Assembly (NCBI GenBank): GCA_051362555.1
Contig: CM120644.1
Coordinates: 1,992,954-2,056,953 of the forward strand
Reading direction: 5' to 3'
From: Lingula anatina
Taxonomy: Eukaryota > Animalia > Brachiopoda
DNA: 64,000 nucleotides
The notes under the pieces were generated by a model. The model was given only the letters and a program-made list of their open reading frames with translations, ran no database searches and had not been told where the DNA came from. The number at the start of each line of letters is the position of its first letter. Position 1 is the first letter of the stretch. Below are positions 38,570-52,325 of this stretch, one piece after another. The position numbers were made by a program, and so were the translations under genes.

Positions 38570-41500
38570 CAGGTCAGCAGGTTTTCTCTCCAGGCTGTAG
38601 GTTTCATATTCATGTCAACGGGGAGGTATGCTCACTCAGTGGTATATTTGCTATGTCATGCTCTTTATTTCCAGTTTTACAAACTGTTTGTTATTGCTGT
38701 TTCAACACCATATTCGTTCCTTCTTAGTATATATGAATTTATTGTCGTTTAACGAGTCAACGTTAAAGGTGTTAGAGAAGCATGTCAGGTTAAGAAATGA
38801 GTTCATAGGGCAGGGAGTTTGACATGCGCAGATTGTGCATTGCGCAATAGTATAAAAGGAAATGTGAGATGAGCATATTTCATTCGAGGCCTTTTTCAGC
38901 TTGCTGCGAAACAAGTAAATCGCTAGTATGTCGAAGAGAAGAGGGGAGTCAACCTCGGATAGTGAAGATTCCGAGAGAGAGAAAACAGAGAATTCTTGAA
39001 TTTGGCAGTAGAAGATAAAGAAGAGGGCAAAGAAGGAGCTTTCAATAAGCAAGGTGATGTAAATGATAACAGCTCAGCCGGACAAATGGTGGACACATTT
39101 TCTATGTTCAAATCTTATATGGACAAACAGTTTAAATCACTGAAAAGAGAGCTCGCCGAAGAAAGTCAAAGTCAGAACAAAAAAGCCAGACAGTACAGCA
39201 AAAATTTAAATTTGCGGGAAATCAAAAGCAGTTCGAAATAAATACTGAAGTAATTGAAAATATGCAAAAAGCAGATATGTTAATTAAGGACGGACAGGTA
39301 AAAGAGGCTCGTAAGGCACTGAAAGAAAGCATTGGTATTTTACAAAAGCGAAATAAACTCATAAGAATAGCAGACAAGTCAGAAGCAGGTTGGGAAGCGG
39401 TAAAAGAATACGAATCAGACGACATAGCAGAAGATAGTGATGATAAAAAGAAAATATGGTCTGCACAAATGAGAGCCAGTAGAAAAATGTGAATACAAAA
39501 TCAAAATAGGCGTAACAAAAACGAGTTCATTTACAATAAAAATAATTATACTGCGCCAGTCAATTTTGCAGGTATATCTGACAGAGGAAGCTTTCTTTTT
39601 CGAAGAAAAAGATTCCCAAACCCAAACGACCAGTGCTTCGCCTGGGGCAGTATGGCCATTGGAGGGAGAGCTGTCCATACAAATACCAAGCACAGAGTAC
39701 AGTGCCTCCACGCGAAAGAACATACGGACAGAAATTCAGAGGAAGCGAAGCTACATGCAGCGGGAGACAACAAAACGAATAAAAGCAAGATGAGCAAATC
39801 AAAAATGAAGTATATGATAGATAACAATTTGAGCAAGTCGGATGGGTTGGTGGATTATCAACAAAATGTTAAGGAAGACTTAAGAGAAACTATCAGTTCT
39901 GGAAAAGCATACAGGCTAATAAATATATTTTAGACGTATTAAAAAATGGATATGTTATTCCATTTATTGAGACACCGCCCAATTCTTTTATCAAGAATAG
40001 CAAATCATCGCTCGAAAATACAGAATTTGTTATCAATGCCATTTAAGATTTATTAAAATCTGGCAGAATTCGAGAAGTTAAGGAAATTCCAAAGGTGGCA
40101 AATCCATTAACGGTTACATCTAACGGCAAAAAGAAACGTTTAGTACTTGGTTTAAGACATGTGAATCCTTACATTTGGAAAGAGAAAGTAAAATTTAAAG
40201 ACTCAAACGAGGCTCTACAATATTTTAAATTGGGAGGGAATATATTATTTTGCGACATCCCCAGAAATGCACTGCATGACGTCACGCCTAGCCCACTGCG
40301 CATGCGTGCATTTTTAATGAGTTGCTAGATTGCCATAGGAAAATGAATGGGTTCGCGATTCGTGGGTAATTCGTGAGAATTGGCAAACTAACGGCCTGAT
40401 ACCGATAGACAGCAACGCTGTGCTATGCTTCAAGTAACTCCTGATCAAATATCGCTAGGGTTTTTAAAAAAATTCTGTTGTACACACGTACTAAGAAGTT
40501 TGCCGTATATTGCCTAGACTACCCTCAGCAAAACGCAAATATTTTCAGTTATAGTGATTTTAGACGGTAGATTCACTCAGAAACAAAGGGAAATTAATTC
40601 GTTGCCGATAGCACCAGCTGATAGCAGTAACATACAGAGTATGATTAAAAAAATTCATGGCAATTGAAGATTTTTTTACCACTGTACAATGGAGTCCAAA
40701 AAGAGCACTTGGCACAATTGTAAAACTGCCCAGTGCAAGGCCAAGAATTCAATCAGTATTTTCAATCATATTATCAGATTCTACATAAATTGACTGACCA
40801 TATCACTACTCAGTATTTAACTAATCTCTTAATCCAAAATTCCTATCATCATTTAATAATTATGCAAAATTCTTCTTTTAGATTGCTATTTATTAAAATT
40901 TTTAATGCTGCAACTGTTCCAAAAATAAACTTGTAGTAAAGGAAAAATGCAAATAAGAAGTGGAAGACCAATTTTACCCACAGTATTCAATTATTTGAAT
41001 ATAAAAAGAATAAGATCACGATTTAACAAATTAAAATAATCTTTCATGAACTCTTTCATGAATAACATATTAAACAAAAATGAAAGTTATAAATCAGTGG
41101 TAATGGCTTATTCTGGAATATATGACCTCTGTACATCTTCAGTACCTGACTTGGTACAGTATAGTTACTACTTGGATACAGAGTTAGATTTAATAATGTA
41201 ACAATAAGAACAATATATATTATAATAATAAACTTCTCTGCACATATCAGACGCTTGTTACCATGAACTAACACTACTTGACAATGGGCTGAGCACTTAT
41301 CACAGAGTCTGTGTGCGATGCCATTCTTGTGCTGTGATTGGTTAGTTGAGTTACGTGAAGCCCTACTGTTGCGCCCTCGCGTATCGCGTAAATGCTGCAC
41401 ATTTCTGGCCATGAATAAAATGGATTCCAAGGACACAAAACGCAAACGCGGATTATATAAGTAAAATTATAGACACAGATGATTGGGAAGTCACGGAGAA

Positions 41501-42134
41501 TTTCTTTAATTTTATGAATAAAAAATGGGGATCGTATACAATAAAAAGATTTGCAAATTATGAAAATACAAAAGTAACTCGTTTTAATTCAAAATTTTTG
41601 AATCCAAATACAGAGGCGGTAGATGCGTTTTTACAGGTTTGGTCAAACGAAAATAATTGGTTAGTACCTCCAGTCGCATTAGTGCCAAAAGTTATAAATC
41701 ATTTATTATGTTGCAAAGCAAAAGGTACTTTGGAAGTACCAGACTGGAAATCAGCAACATTTTGGCCTTTGTTACAAGATGAAAATTCAAAATGGAAATG
41801 GTATAATAAGGATATATAATAAATTAAGAACGGATGTGATATTTGTAAACAGGGGAAAAACAAAAATTCTTATATAGGATCAAAAAACTTCAAGCATCAA
41901 ATTCTGGCAATAAAGATAGATTTTTCTGTATAGAACGGTTAGATCAAGATTAGATTTAAAGTAGGTGAAAAGGTTGAAAATTATATAAAATGCAATGGAC
42001 CATGAGAAAATCTAGAAGTGATTTAAAGGATTCATAATGGATCATGACATCCGTTACATAAGATTTTATGTAGTATATTCATTTATGAAGAAACGTTAAT
42101 GTAATAAACGTTAATAGTGATGGATATGGTGGAT

Positions 42135-42245
42135 ATTCGAATCGAGATGTGATTCGATATGAACCAAGATGTGGTTTGATATGAATCGAGATGTGGTTAG
42201 ATATAAATCGAGATGTGATTAGAAATGAATCAAGATGTGATTTAA
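42135..42245. repeat. 22-bp tandem repeat inside the DIRS/PAT element
   Basis: About 5 units of ATATGAATCGAGATGTG(A/G)TT(C/A)G. Confidence 0.8.
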
Positions 42246-42639
42246 TAGGAAACAAAATTGGATTTGATAAGATGAATGGGATTTAATATCAGTTTTATAT
42301 GTAAAATTGATACATATTGATAAATGATAAGAATAATGACATGGTAATGGTAAGAGAAAAAGCTGTTACATGTTTGCAGGTTGAGATTAAAAAGCTGAAT
42401 TAGAATGAGATGGGTTAAGATACAGTCGAAATATGATTAGATTTAAAAACTGCGAATTATATAATGAAAATATGTCAGACAAAAGTTTGATCAGACGTGT
42501 ATAAAGGGGAATTGTAAGGTGAATGTTGAATGGTGAAGTTACCATAATAAAATAAATAAAGATTAGAGAGAATGATAAAGGATAAGAAGCATAAAAATTA
42601 CATTTATGGTATTGATGCGATGGTCATTTTCTATTACAG

Positions 42640-43640
42640 ATTTTCAGAACAGGGATTTGGACAAAGATGAGAGAAGTACAGGACACAACACTAAAGAGTT
42701 TGGCTGCACATTTACCACAGGTTTTGTAACATTCGAGAGCAGAAAATACTGTACGCAATACTCATCCGTATTTCAGAGATGGAAACAATGAGCGAGTAAT
42801 TTCGAAGAAGTAAAATTTTTTTGCAGCTCACACGCATCACATTGCACTTTACATGTTGAGTTTGATACAGCAGTCTTGTAAACCAGGAACGATTCAAGAT
42901 GTTAAATATGGTTTAAAATGGACACATGAAATAGCAGGTATAAATCCAAATCCTTCCGATAATCCTATGATTAATAATATTGTTGAAGCTTCAAAGAGAA
43001 TGTCAAGCAAGAAAACAGTAAAAAAGGAAATAGTTACTCCGAAAATGTTAGAAATGATGATTAACAATTTCGCCAATACAAATGCTAGTTTAGCAGATTT
43101 ACGAGATGTTTGTATATGCCTTATATCATTTGCAGGTTTTTTTAGATATAGCGAGGTATGCAATATTAAAAGATCGGATGTTTCTTTCACAGAACAATAT
43201 TTTGAGATATTTATAGAAAAAAGTAAAACTGACATTTACAGGGACGGATCTACTGTTATGATTGCTAAAACTGGGAAATCTACATGTCCATTTACTTTTT
43301 TACAAAGATATTTGGAAGCAGCTAACATTGAAGAACATTCAGATAATTTTATATTTAGACCAGTGAAATATTTAAAGAAATCCAAAAAGCACATGTTACG
43401 TAAAAACGGGAAAATGTTATATACAAGAATAAGAGAAGTTTTTTTTACAAAAGCTAGAAATATTAGGATTTGACAGACAAAAGTTTGGTTTACATAGTAT
43501 GCGTGCGGGAGGAGCGACAGCGGCAGCAAATTTTGGAGTAAAAGACCGTTTGTTTAAAAAACATGGACGTTAGATTTCTGATAAAGCGAAAGATGTATAT
43601 ATTAAAGACAGTTTTGTAAAAAAGGATTCAAGTGTCTCTA
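42640..43640 (+). pseudogene. Tyrosine recombinase (integrase) of the DIRS/PAT element, frameshifted
   Basis: ORF 42853-43473 carries the first catalytic R (FFRYSE) and K (KSKTD). HSMR follows in another frame at about 43493, and there is a stop at the HGR-W position. Confidence 0.85.
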
Positions 43641-44619
43641 AATATTGGAATATAAAAAGTAATATTAAGATATGAAATACATTATATTAATCAGATTAAT
43701 AATCCGTGTTCATTTTTAAATTTGTTACAAAGGTAAATATATAAATATATATTTGTTCCAGCTGGTAAGTATATATTTATGTCTTAATAATAAAATGATT
43801 TTATGGTTCTTTTTAAAATAATAATAAGAATAAATGAAACTTGCCCGTCCTTTGTGTTCGACGCAGCCAAGCAAGCAACAGCTCATAGCAAGGGTTAACG
43901 AAATAAATGATTTGAATTGGAAACGGTGGTTGGTGTTTTCGTTGCGAGTTATTAGACAATAAATGATTTATATGCGTTTAAGTGAAACGAATAAGAATAT
44001 AAAAGTACTTATACGTTATTTTTTAAGGGGGATTGATGCATGAATACCATAGGTCTAAATTTAACAAAAGAGATTTTTTTCACGTTTCATTTATGTGAAA
44101 TAAATATCTTAATATATGTGGTACCCATATAAACATACCTGAGAACAGCTAGGTCTTTGAACAAATTCTTTAATTGTGATATTTTGTTATATTGGTGTAA
44201 GCTGGAGATACACGAGTGCGAAGCACGAGTGGATGTCACATAACCCTCGCTGACGAGGGATCTATCTTATTTAGACCGCGGTCCATTTGCGGGTTATAAC
44301 GCATTCATGCGAGAAGTGTGGTTACGCGAGTTACAGCACGTCTGAGTCTTTTGTTCTGTACTTCCACCGTGGTCTAAATTTATCTAAACCTTGGAAATTT
44401 TAACTTAAAGGACATACATATACACCCTACATATATTAAGCCATCAAACATGTCCTACTGCTAAACACATCCAGGCTAAAAGGGTGTACCATGCTTAGGT
44501 GCAAAACGTGCTTAGGAGCTAAATGCATTGAAAAAATCAGACAAAGCAGGCACTTGGATGTTTTTACAGTGTACGTTATATTTGTGTACCTGTGTTTTGT
44601 ACCAAATATAAATCTCAAG

Positions 44620-45700
44620 CAATAATGTTGTCTAACAACTGGGGTTGATACAATCTGACGTTGATACAACTTTCAAATCCAATGTTTATCCAACGTATTA
44701 TCATCGGTATGGTTCAATGTTGTTTCAACGTTAAAACAACATAATTTGCCCGCTGGGAATTTACTAAAAACTAAGAGGGTAGTGCAAACAAACCCATATT
44801 TGCGAGTTCAAATACTTAAATGTTATGAACTCCCAAATCTCCCGAAGTAATTTCTTTTGGGTTCGTTAACTGATATTCCTTGTCAATATGCCATGATTTG
44901 AATATTTAGATTGGAAATCCTTTTTTTTTCTATATAGGTGGTGAGTTGGTCAGCCAACACTAGCAGTGAAATTGACGACTTCTCTAATGTGACCTCGGTA
45001 GTTAATATCATAGAGAAGCTAGAAGCTATTAAGAGCGCGAGTGGGTACTGATACACACCCAAGCCAAGCCCCTCAAGAATGACAAGGTCAAATTAGCCAT
45101 ATTACCGCCATTATAGGTCTTCCTATTGGTTAAAATGTAAATTGTTCTGAAAGGCCAAAGGCTCATGCATTTTCAATGACTACTCCCGAATGTTTGGCAC
45201 ATTTAATCTGGTTAACGGCCTACAATATTTATTAATTTTTTCCTTCTAGCAAAATCTACCACAAGAAATGACACTCACGGAAGTGGAAATGGTTTGAAAC
45301 GACATCAAGGGACACCTTGTAGACTATTACCGGGCGATCGTCATGAGGCGGACAGCGACGGCGACGGCGAAGACACAGACAGACAGATCAATCAGAATGC
45401 ATAAAGACACTACCAGTGTCTGTATTAAGAATCGAAAGAAATGAAAAACAATCAATTCCAAGTGCTGTAGCTATGTAAATCGATTTAACCACTAATTAAA
45501 AAATGCATCATTTTAATTTGGAAGAATTTGATAAAGTTTCCCAGCAGGCATAGTCGTTTTGGATCAACGTTGATAACAGGTTGATATGTTGAATTGCCGT
45601 TGATCTACGTAAATTCAACGTAAAATCAACGTTGATACAGCAACGTCAAAACACCGTTGACTCAACGTTGTATTTTGGTCATCGTTGTATTTTGGTCATT
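44620..45700. mobile_element. Two fragments of EnSpm-like non-autonomous elements with CAACGTTG subterminal repeats
   Basis: Right end ...TTGCCCGCTGGG at about 44757 and left end CCCAGCAGGCA... at 45540, each next to CAACG/CGTTG repeats. The ends face outward, so they belong to different copies. Confidence 0.55.
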
Positions 45701-46755
45701 GACACAACCTTGCAGTTATGGATTGTAATTTAAAATATTAATTATTGTGAACGTGATACTTTGTTTATCAATACTAAAACTAAATTGATCAAAATAATAA
45801 CAAAAGGGTTCTAAAGTAAAAGTGACAGTTGTTTTGTGTTCGAATCACGTGGCTAGCACGTTGCTACCACATAATAATGTCATAGCAACGTGCTTGTCAC
45901 TTGAGCTGTTTCTTTCTTTTCACATACAACCCGTCGTCTTCCAATATAACTGAATGTCAATATTTTTGCTTGCAGTGGTTATTGATCAAACTACTTGCAT
46001 TGTTCAACAAGCATTTTGTCGGTGTTGTTTGGCCTAATTGCCAGTTAAGCTAAAAATAATCAATAGGTATGGAATGAAAAGAGCTGAAAGATTTTCAGGG
46101 CACTCTTTGTTCGCCGGATCGCTATGTGTCAACAGATACCAACACCACAGATGATTGTTGTTGGTTACGGGCGTCTGCATTAACCCTGCAAACTTGCCAT
46201 GTTTGTACGGATATCTCATACTCTACCTTTGTGAGGGACGCAGTAGCATTACACCTTCATAGTTTTCGTGTATGCGACATATGTTGTAAAGGCAATAATA
46301 AGAATAAAAAATAGGAAAAGAATCCATTATAAGTATAATGGTTATGTAAATCGATTTATGCACTAATTAAAATATACCTCCTTGTATTCGGAAGTATTTA
46401 ATACAATCTGTCCCTCCTATTACCGAGATTGTCTAGCGCTCTGCTCTGTTGGGTTTCGTCTTAGCTATAAATCAAGATACGTACTTTTATAGTCGTCATC
46501 TGAGTGTTTCCTCGCTCAACAGTTCCCCCATTTCCTCAGACAGAGCGGGCACTCTACACTGGGTCTACTCAATGACTAGTACACCTGGCTCACATCAGCA
46601 GTATAAGACATTGTGAATTCTTTAAAGTGTCGGTAATAGAAAAGTCTGGAACGCGATTTTGCTTCAATGAATTCAATATGGTCAGCAAAGATTAAATAAG
46701 AGGTTAAGAAGCAGCTTAAAAGGCAAAAGCCTTATTCAGTGCTATGAACATTACA

Positions 46756-46800
<45 letters not shown>

Positions 46801-47002
46801 TCATTGAGCATTAAAATGTGTACAGTCACATTTTACAAGATCTCTAAACTACAGTTTTACATAAATTTGCACATAAGCTAAAACAGGTAAAACTACTTTA
46901 GATCATTATAATACCAAAACACATATAAGCTAACTACTTCAGACATATAGCTCACAATAGTTCAAAACAATCTTATAATACTGAATATACCCTGTAGTAT
47001 TA

Positions 47003-50000
47003 ATATTTTTGTTGTGGGTACGCAGACACGTGGTGTGTTTCTGCGTGAACTTTCCAGTACGGTCTGAGTAGTGTAAATATCATGTGACTGATCACTCGAG
47101 TAGTGTTATCAAATTGAAGGTGATGAGGAAAAGCAGATTTTAGAGTTGGGTCATTCGAAGGCTCTTTCGCTTTCCGTTATGCAAGCAGAGAATGTTCTCA
47201 GCGATTCGGGTCTACGTCCTGAGGGTAACTGCAGTAAGCTTAATGTGAGCGAAGCTTTTGACTTACTAAAAATTATAGTTTAGGACCAGTTCGGATATTT
47301 TTCTGAGATTCCTTTGAATCTTTTGAGAAAAGGATTAAAGCTTTCCCGTGACACAAAATTGAAGGGGAAGGAAACAAAGTCGAATATAACTTCAACCTAG
47401 ACATACTGGAGGCTTAGAAATGCTAGAGTCAAGAGCGCACGAAAACAAAGATTTAAAATCTATACAGATTACTACGAGCCTAAAGGAGAAAGTGCGCCAA
47501 CGTAATAAATACATTCGAATCACTGTCTCCTGTCCCGACGGTCGGCGAACTGTTGAAGAGTACTAGATTCCGATTACGCTGATGATTCCGGCGATGATCG
47601 AAGGATGAGAGCAACTGAAAACAGGGCGCTTCGCCAAGCACGCAAAAAGCAACTACCGCTTCTACCCATACGCCACTCCCACGGCAGCCAATTTCTACCA
47701 CAAGAGCGATGGTTTTGTAGCCGTAACCAGGGTCTTTCCTACGCCGCAGTCGGTTCAGCAGGCCAGACGAAACTCAGACTAGGGCCCAGATTCCAACTCC
47801 TTCGACATCTGCTTCGTCTGTTTACAGCGGGACACTGGAGATCAAGTTGCCCCAACGTCCAGATTAAGCCAAATTTAGTGAACCAACGGAGTTAAAACTG
47901 TTAAAGGTAAGTATTTTTGAAAGACCCAAAAACTTTTGAAGGCCTTACAGACTTCCATTTGCTCACATATAGAACATAAAAAAATCAGATTTTGGATCTG
48001 AGTCAATTGAACAATCACGTTAAGATAAAGAAAAATAAATATACATACATATTAACTCATATGTCGCTAAATTTAATCATAAATGTATATACTTAATGCT
48101 TCGTTGCTTGACGGGTGGAGTAGAGTAAGTCATTTGTAAATGAAGTCCATCTAATTTTCAAAGAGAGGAGGCAAGAGAGAGTGAGAGAGATTGTTCAGGT
48201 GATAGAATTAATTGCGCTCATTATGCATTGCAGTTGAAGAAGGCCTGGTGCATATAATTAAATCGACAGACAGATTCAAAAACAACATTAATAATAAAAA
48301 TAATAAATTTTAACTTCCTTACTTATCAAAATTCATATTCTTTACATAAGTACATTCTGTTGCTTGTTGTACTGAGTTGAGGAAGTCCTAATACATCAAG
48401 TTAAGTCGATCTAATTCGACGAAAGAGCGAGAGAGAAAATGTATAAAATAAATCGTTTGCGCTCACTATGCATTGCAGTTGAAGAAGGCCTGGTGCATAT
48501 AATTAAATCGACAAACAGATTCAAAAACAACCTTAAAAAATAATAATAAATTTTAACTTCCTTACTTTTCAAAATTCATATTCTTTTCATAAATACATTC
48601 TGTTGCTTGTTGTACTGAGTTGATGAAGTCCTAGTACATCAAGTTAAGTCGACTTAATTCGAAGAAAGAGCGAGAGAGAAAATGTATGAAATAAATCGTT
48701 TGCATTCATTATGCATTGCAGTTGAGGAAGGCCTTGTGCATATAATTAGATCGACAAACAGATATATTCATAACATTCATAAAAAAAAATAATAATAATA
48801 ACCCAAACTAGTGATTTGATTATGTATATATATTTATACATATATGTTGCTTAATGTATGGAGTTGAAGATGTCCTCATACTTTAAGTTAAAGTCGATCT
48901 AATGCGAAGAATGCGTAAGAAATTCTAAGAAAAAGAATCGAATTGTTGAGATATCTGTTACGGGGATTCGAACTCGGAAAAAGAGTGAAAGAGAAGTCAG
49001 TTATGATGAATAGAATATAGAGTGAGAGAGAAGGTTAAAGACGAAAGAGAATCAAGTTATGAATTTGAAGAGAGAGCGAAAGATTTTTTTAAAAAGAAAG
49101 AGGATGGAATTAAGATGAAGCGATTAAGAGAGAGTAAAAATTTTATATGTGAGAGCGAAAGAGAATTCTTGTGAGAGGGCTTTTATCAGAGATGAGGATT
49201 TCAGTTTTGATAAAAGAGTAAAAAAAATCAATTTATTAGGTTTTTGATCTGTGTTGTAAAAAAAGTGCCGCAAATGTTGCAGTTTGTTGTATGTATGTTT
49301 ATATATGCGGGTGTATGTGTGCATATATATATATATATTTGACATATAATTTTGTTTGCATCGAATACAGGGATACACTTTTCTTTCTTTATCGTCGAAA
49401 CGAGCGCTTCCGCCCCTAACACTGTGTCTGTGTTTATACTATAAATATTTTATGTTCGTTTGAGTGTAACGAATTAAAACATAAATATATTTGTCGTGGG
49501 TACGCAGACACGTGGTATGTTTCTACGTGAACTTTCCAGTACGGTCTGAGTAGTGTTAATATCATGTGACTGGTCACTCGAGTAGTGTTATCAAATAGAA
49601 GGTGATGAGGAAATGGTGACTGGGGATGGTGACTAGCAAAGGTCTTCAGGCTCATGGAACTTCAAAGTCACAACTCGAAAATGCCAAAATGTAGATAGGA
49701 CAGCACTGTTCTGAAATGCTTTTTATTATCCATTTTTAACAATTTTTAACATAAAACAAAATTAACAGTTTACTGCCATTTTTATATGATCAACTAAGAA
49801 AATTGATGAGATGGGAAAAATATCAATAGAGCAGAGTTAAATGTCCAATTTCGTCCATTCTGAGATTCTGAACATAGTGAATGATTGAATATAACAAACT
49901 GCAACGATATAAGTTTATTTCCAATTTTGACACTTTATTACACAATACACGATAACAAGTTGGCCATCATTTTTACAAAATCAACTAACAATGTTGTAAA

Positions 50001-51088
50001 GATGCAGGAAAAGTCAAACAAACACTTAAATGTATCTTATTTGTTAAATAATAAGACTGTTAACATGCTTAAGAATTGAATTTGAGGAAATATGAAAAAA
50101 TAGCATAACTTCTAAAACAATGACCCGATTATGTTAATTTTCAAACTCAACCTGCATTTTAGTAAGATCGAGCACTCTTGTGAGTTAAATTACAATTGGC
50201 CAATCTGTTTTTCTTATATTGTGTTTACAGTGTTGCATATATACAAAAAAAAAAAAAAAAAAAAAAACAAAAATAAAAAAAAAATCAGAACAACTACTAA
50301 AATAGTAGCCCGATCATGCCTATTTTCGAACTTAACCTGCGTTTGAGTAAGATTGATTACTCCTGTGAGTTTTATGACAACAGGCTTATCGGTTTTCCTT
50401 GAAATATGTTTACAGTGTTGCATATATGCTTAAAAAGTGAAAAAAACCGCATAACTTATACAATAATGGCCCGATCATGCTTTTTGAACTTGACCTGCGT
50501 TTTATGAATATTCATCAGCTTTGTAAATATAAAGCGTTTACGAGGAAAGTGCACGGCACCAACGGCGACGACAGACGCGGGTGATGGCAGTATGTACAGA
50601 CACATCTGTGTCTGTACATAAAAATTAGTTTTGTTCTTAGTTCAAGCTTTTGAATGTTTTGTTTCATATTAAACTGTTTCAATTTTTCAGTTTGGATCCT
50701 GGTTCTAAAGGACAGCAGAAGATAAAGCAAGATGGAGTTTTCTTAAAAGAAAAAAATACTCAAGAACTGATCATTATAATTACTATTTATACTATTTTAT
50801 AATTACTATTTATTTATTATAATATTTTTTAAAGACGATTTTCGTTTTATAGATATTAGATTTCGTCGTTTTGTTCAAAGTTTGTTCAGATATAATAATA
50901 GTAATAGCAATAATAATAGCAAGAATATATGGTATTCAATTTTCACCAATGACTGTTCTTTATTGTAATACGTTCAAACCGGAAATAAAGCACACGGTAC
51001 GAAACGAGCGCTTCCTCCCCTAACACTGTGTCTGTGTTTATACTATAAATATTTTAAGTTCGTTTGAGTGTAACGAATTAGAACATAA
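47003..51088 (+). mobile_element. Non-autonomous split-direct-repeat (PAT/Ngaro-like) element, A1-core-B1A2-(1.4 kb)-B2
   Basis: A1 47003-47131 matches A2 49485-49613; B1 49396-49484 matches B2 51000-51088. Gag relics DSDYADDSGDDRRMRATENRALR (about 47565-47635) and CFVCLQxGHWRSSC (about 47810-47852). Boundaries defined by the empty paralogous site at 60211-60222. Confidence 0.8.
48100..48910. repeat. About 243-bp tandem repeat (3+ units) inside the split-repeat element
   Basis: TGCGCTCATTATGCATTGCAGTTGAAGAAGGCCTGGTGCATATAATTAAATCGAC at about 48213, 48458 and 48700. Confidence 0.88.
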
Positions 51089-52325
51089 TGTAAAATATGC
51101 ATTTGCTACATTAGCATAGCGGACTGTATCAATTTGGCCACTGCTGATGCACTACATATATCTTTCAAAATTATCAATTATATACGTCATGAAAACATAT
51201 GCAGTTTTGGGTTTTAGAAAATATTGTCTCTTCTTAGTGAATCACATCATAAGTAATATACATTTTGACAATTTTAAACTGCCTAAGGCAAGTTAAGTAG
51301 TACACTGAATCAATTTTTAAAACACAATCGGTCCTGTAATATTACAGGATATATTTCAGGGTTGAAAAAGAGAACTTTACAAGTACTGCTCCGTCTAATA
51401 CTAGGACTAGTCTTTGACTTTAAATGTAATGTTTATGGTCTCTTATCCACCTGAAGTGTTCCTATAACTGACATTGATAATGAAAGTGGGTAGAGCAAAC
51501 GACTCTTTTATGATTGCCGTGGCACCATACAACCATATTTTAACGCCTAAGTTTTGTCTAGCAGTTTCTTGACTCAAGTCACTAATGCACGGCAACGTTA
51601 ATCCAAAAGGAGAGTCCTCAGTAATATCTTGTCGTATTTTTACATCATTCACTTTTTAGAAAGTAAAATCTGGAATCAATTCAAAATTAAAAGTTCACCA
51701 TTCATAAGTCGTTATCTACTTGTTTTTTAAACAACCACAAGTTACTACACAGATTTAGCACAGATTTAGATTTAATAACCCGGGAATATTATACCACTAA
51801 CATGCTTCTCACCTTTTAACTAAAGTCCTTTTTTCTGACTCTTTACCCGTCTCTATCTGTAACAGATTGTAGTGAGAAAGTCAGAACTCGGACGGCCAAA
51901 ATTAAAGCGTGTGTGACCATCAGGCCTACCCAACTACCAGACTCAGCACCTAAGGATCCTGAATTAACCGGTATATCGGACCACACTACCCGTTTTCAAG
52001 GTGTGAGTCAGATCGCATTTGTAGCATATGTTGTTAAATTGATAGAATTCAATTTGTGCAGCTAACATTGTCAATTTACGGGATAGAATTTGTGTAGCTC
52101 ATGTTGTTAGAGGATAGAATTGTTAGTTATTAGTGATATTGGAATTTTTGAGAAGCTTTGTGTATGACTGAGTGAGAGTTGAAAAAATAGTGACACGTGT
52201 TAGACGGGACTTGTTGTAAGACGCGAACTAGTCGGAATATTGCAGTGATATTTCATTTTCAGTGTTGGCTGATACTCGCGACAATTCATTAAGCATGTGT
52301 TAAGACACGTAGTGGTATATCCCCG

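Larger units (their letters stand above)
38928..43650 (+). mobile_element. Degenerate DIRS/PAT-type tyrosine-recombinase retrotransposon (gag, RT, RNase H/methyltransferase-like, YR)
   Basis: gag RNKLIRIADKSEAGWEAVKEYESDDIAEDSDD and decayed knuckle CFAWGQYGHWRESC; RT NGYVIPF..NPLTV..KKRLVLGLRHVN; NADYISK..DDW..EAVDAFLQVWSNENNWLVPP; YR FAGFFRYSE, KSKTD, HSMRAGGATAAA, KHGR*..Y. Multiple stops and frameshifts. TATAAAAG at 38851. Confidence 0.88.

Noticed and set aside
44030-44400. Possible Crypton-like non-autonomous element (CGAGTGCGAAGCACGAG, short hairpins)
   Set aside because: Ends cannot be defined from the sequence alone.
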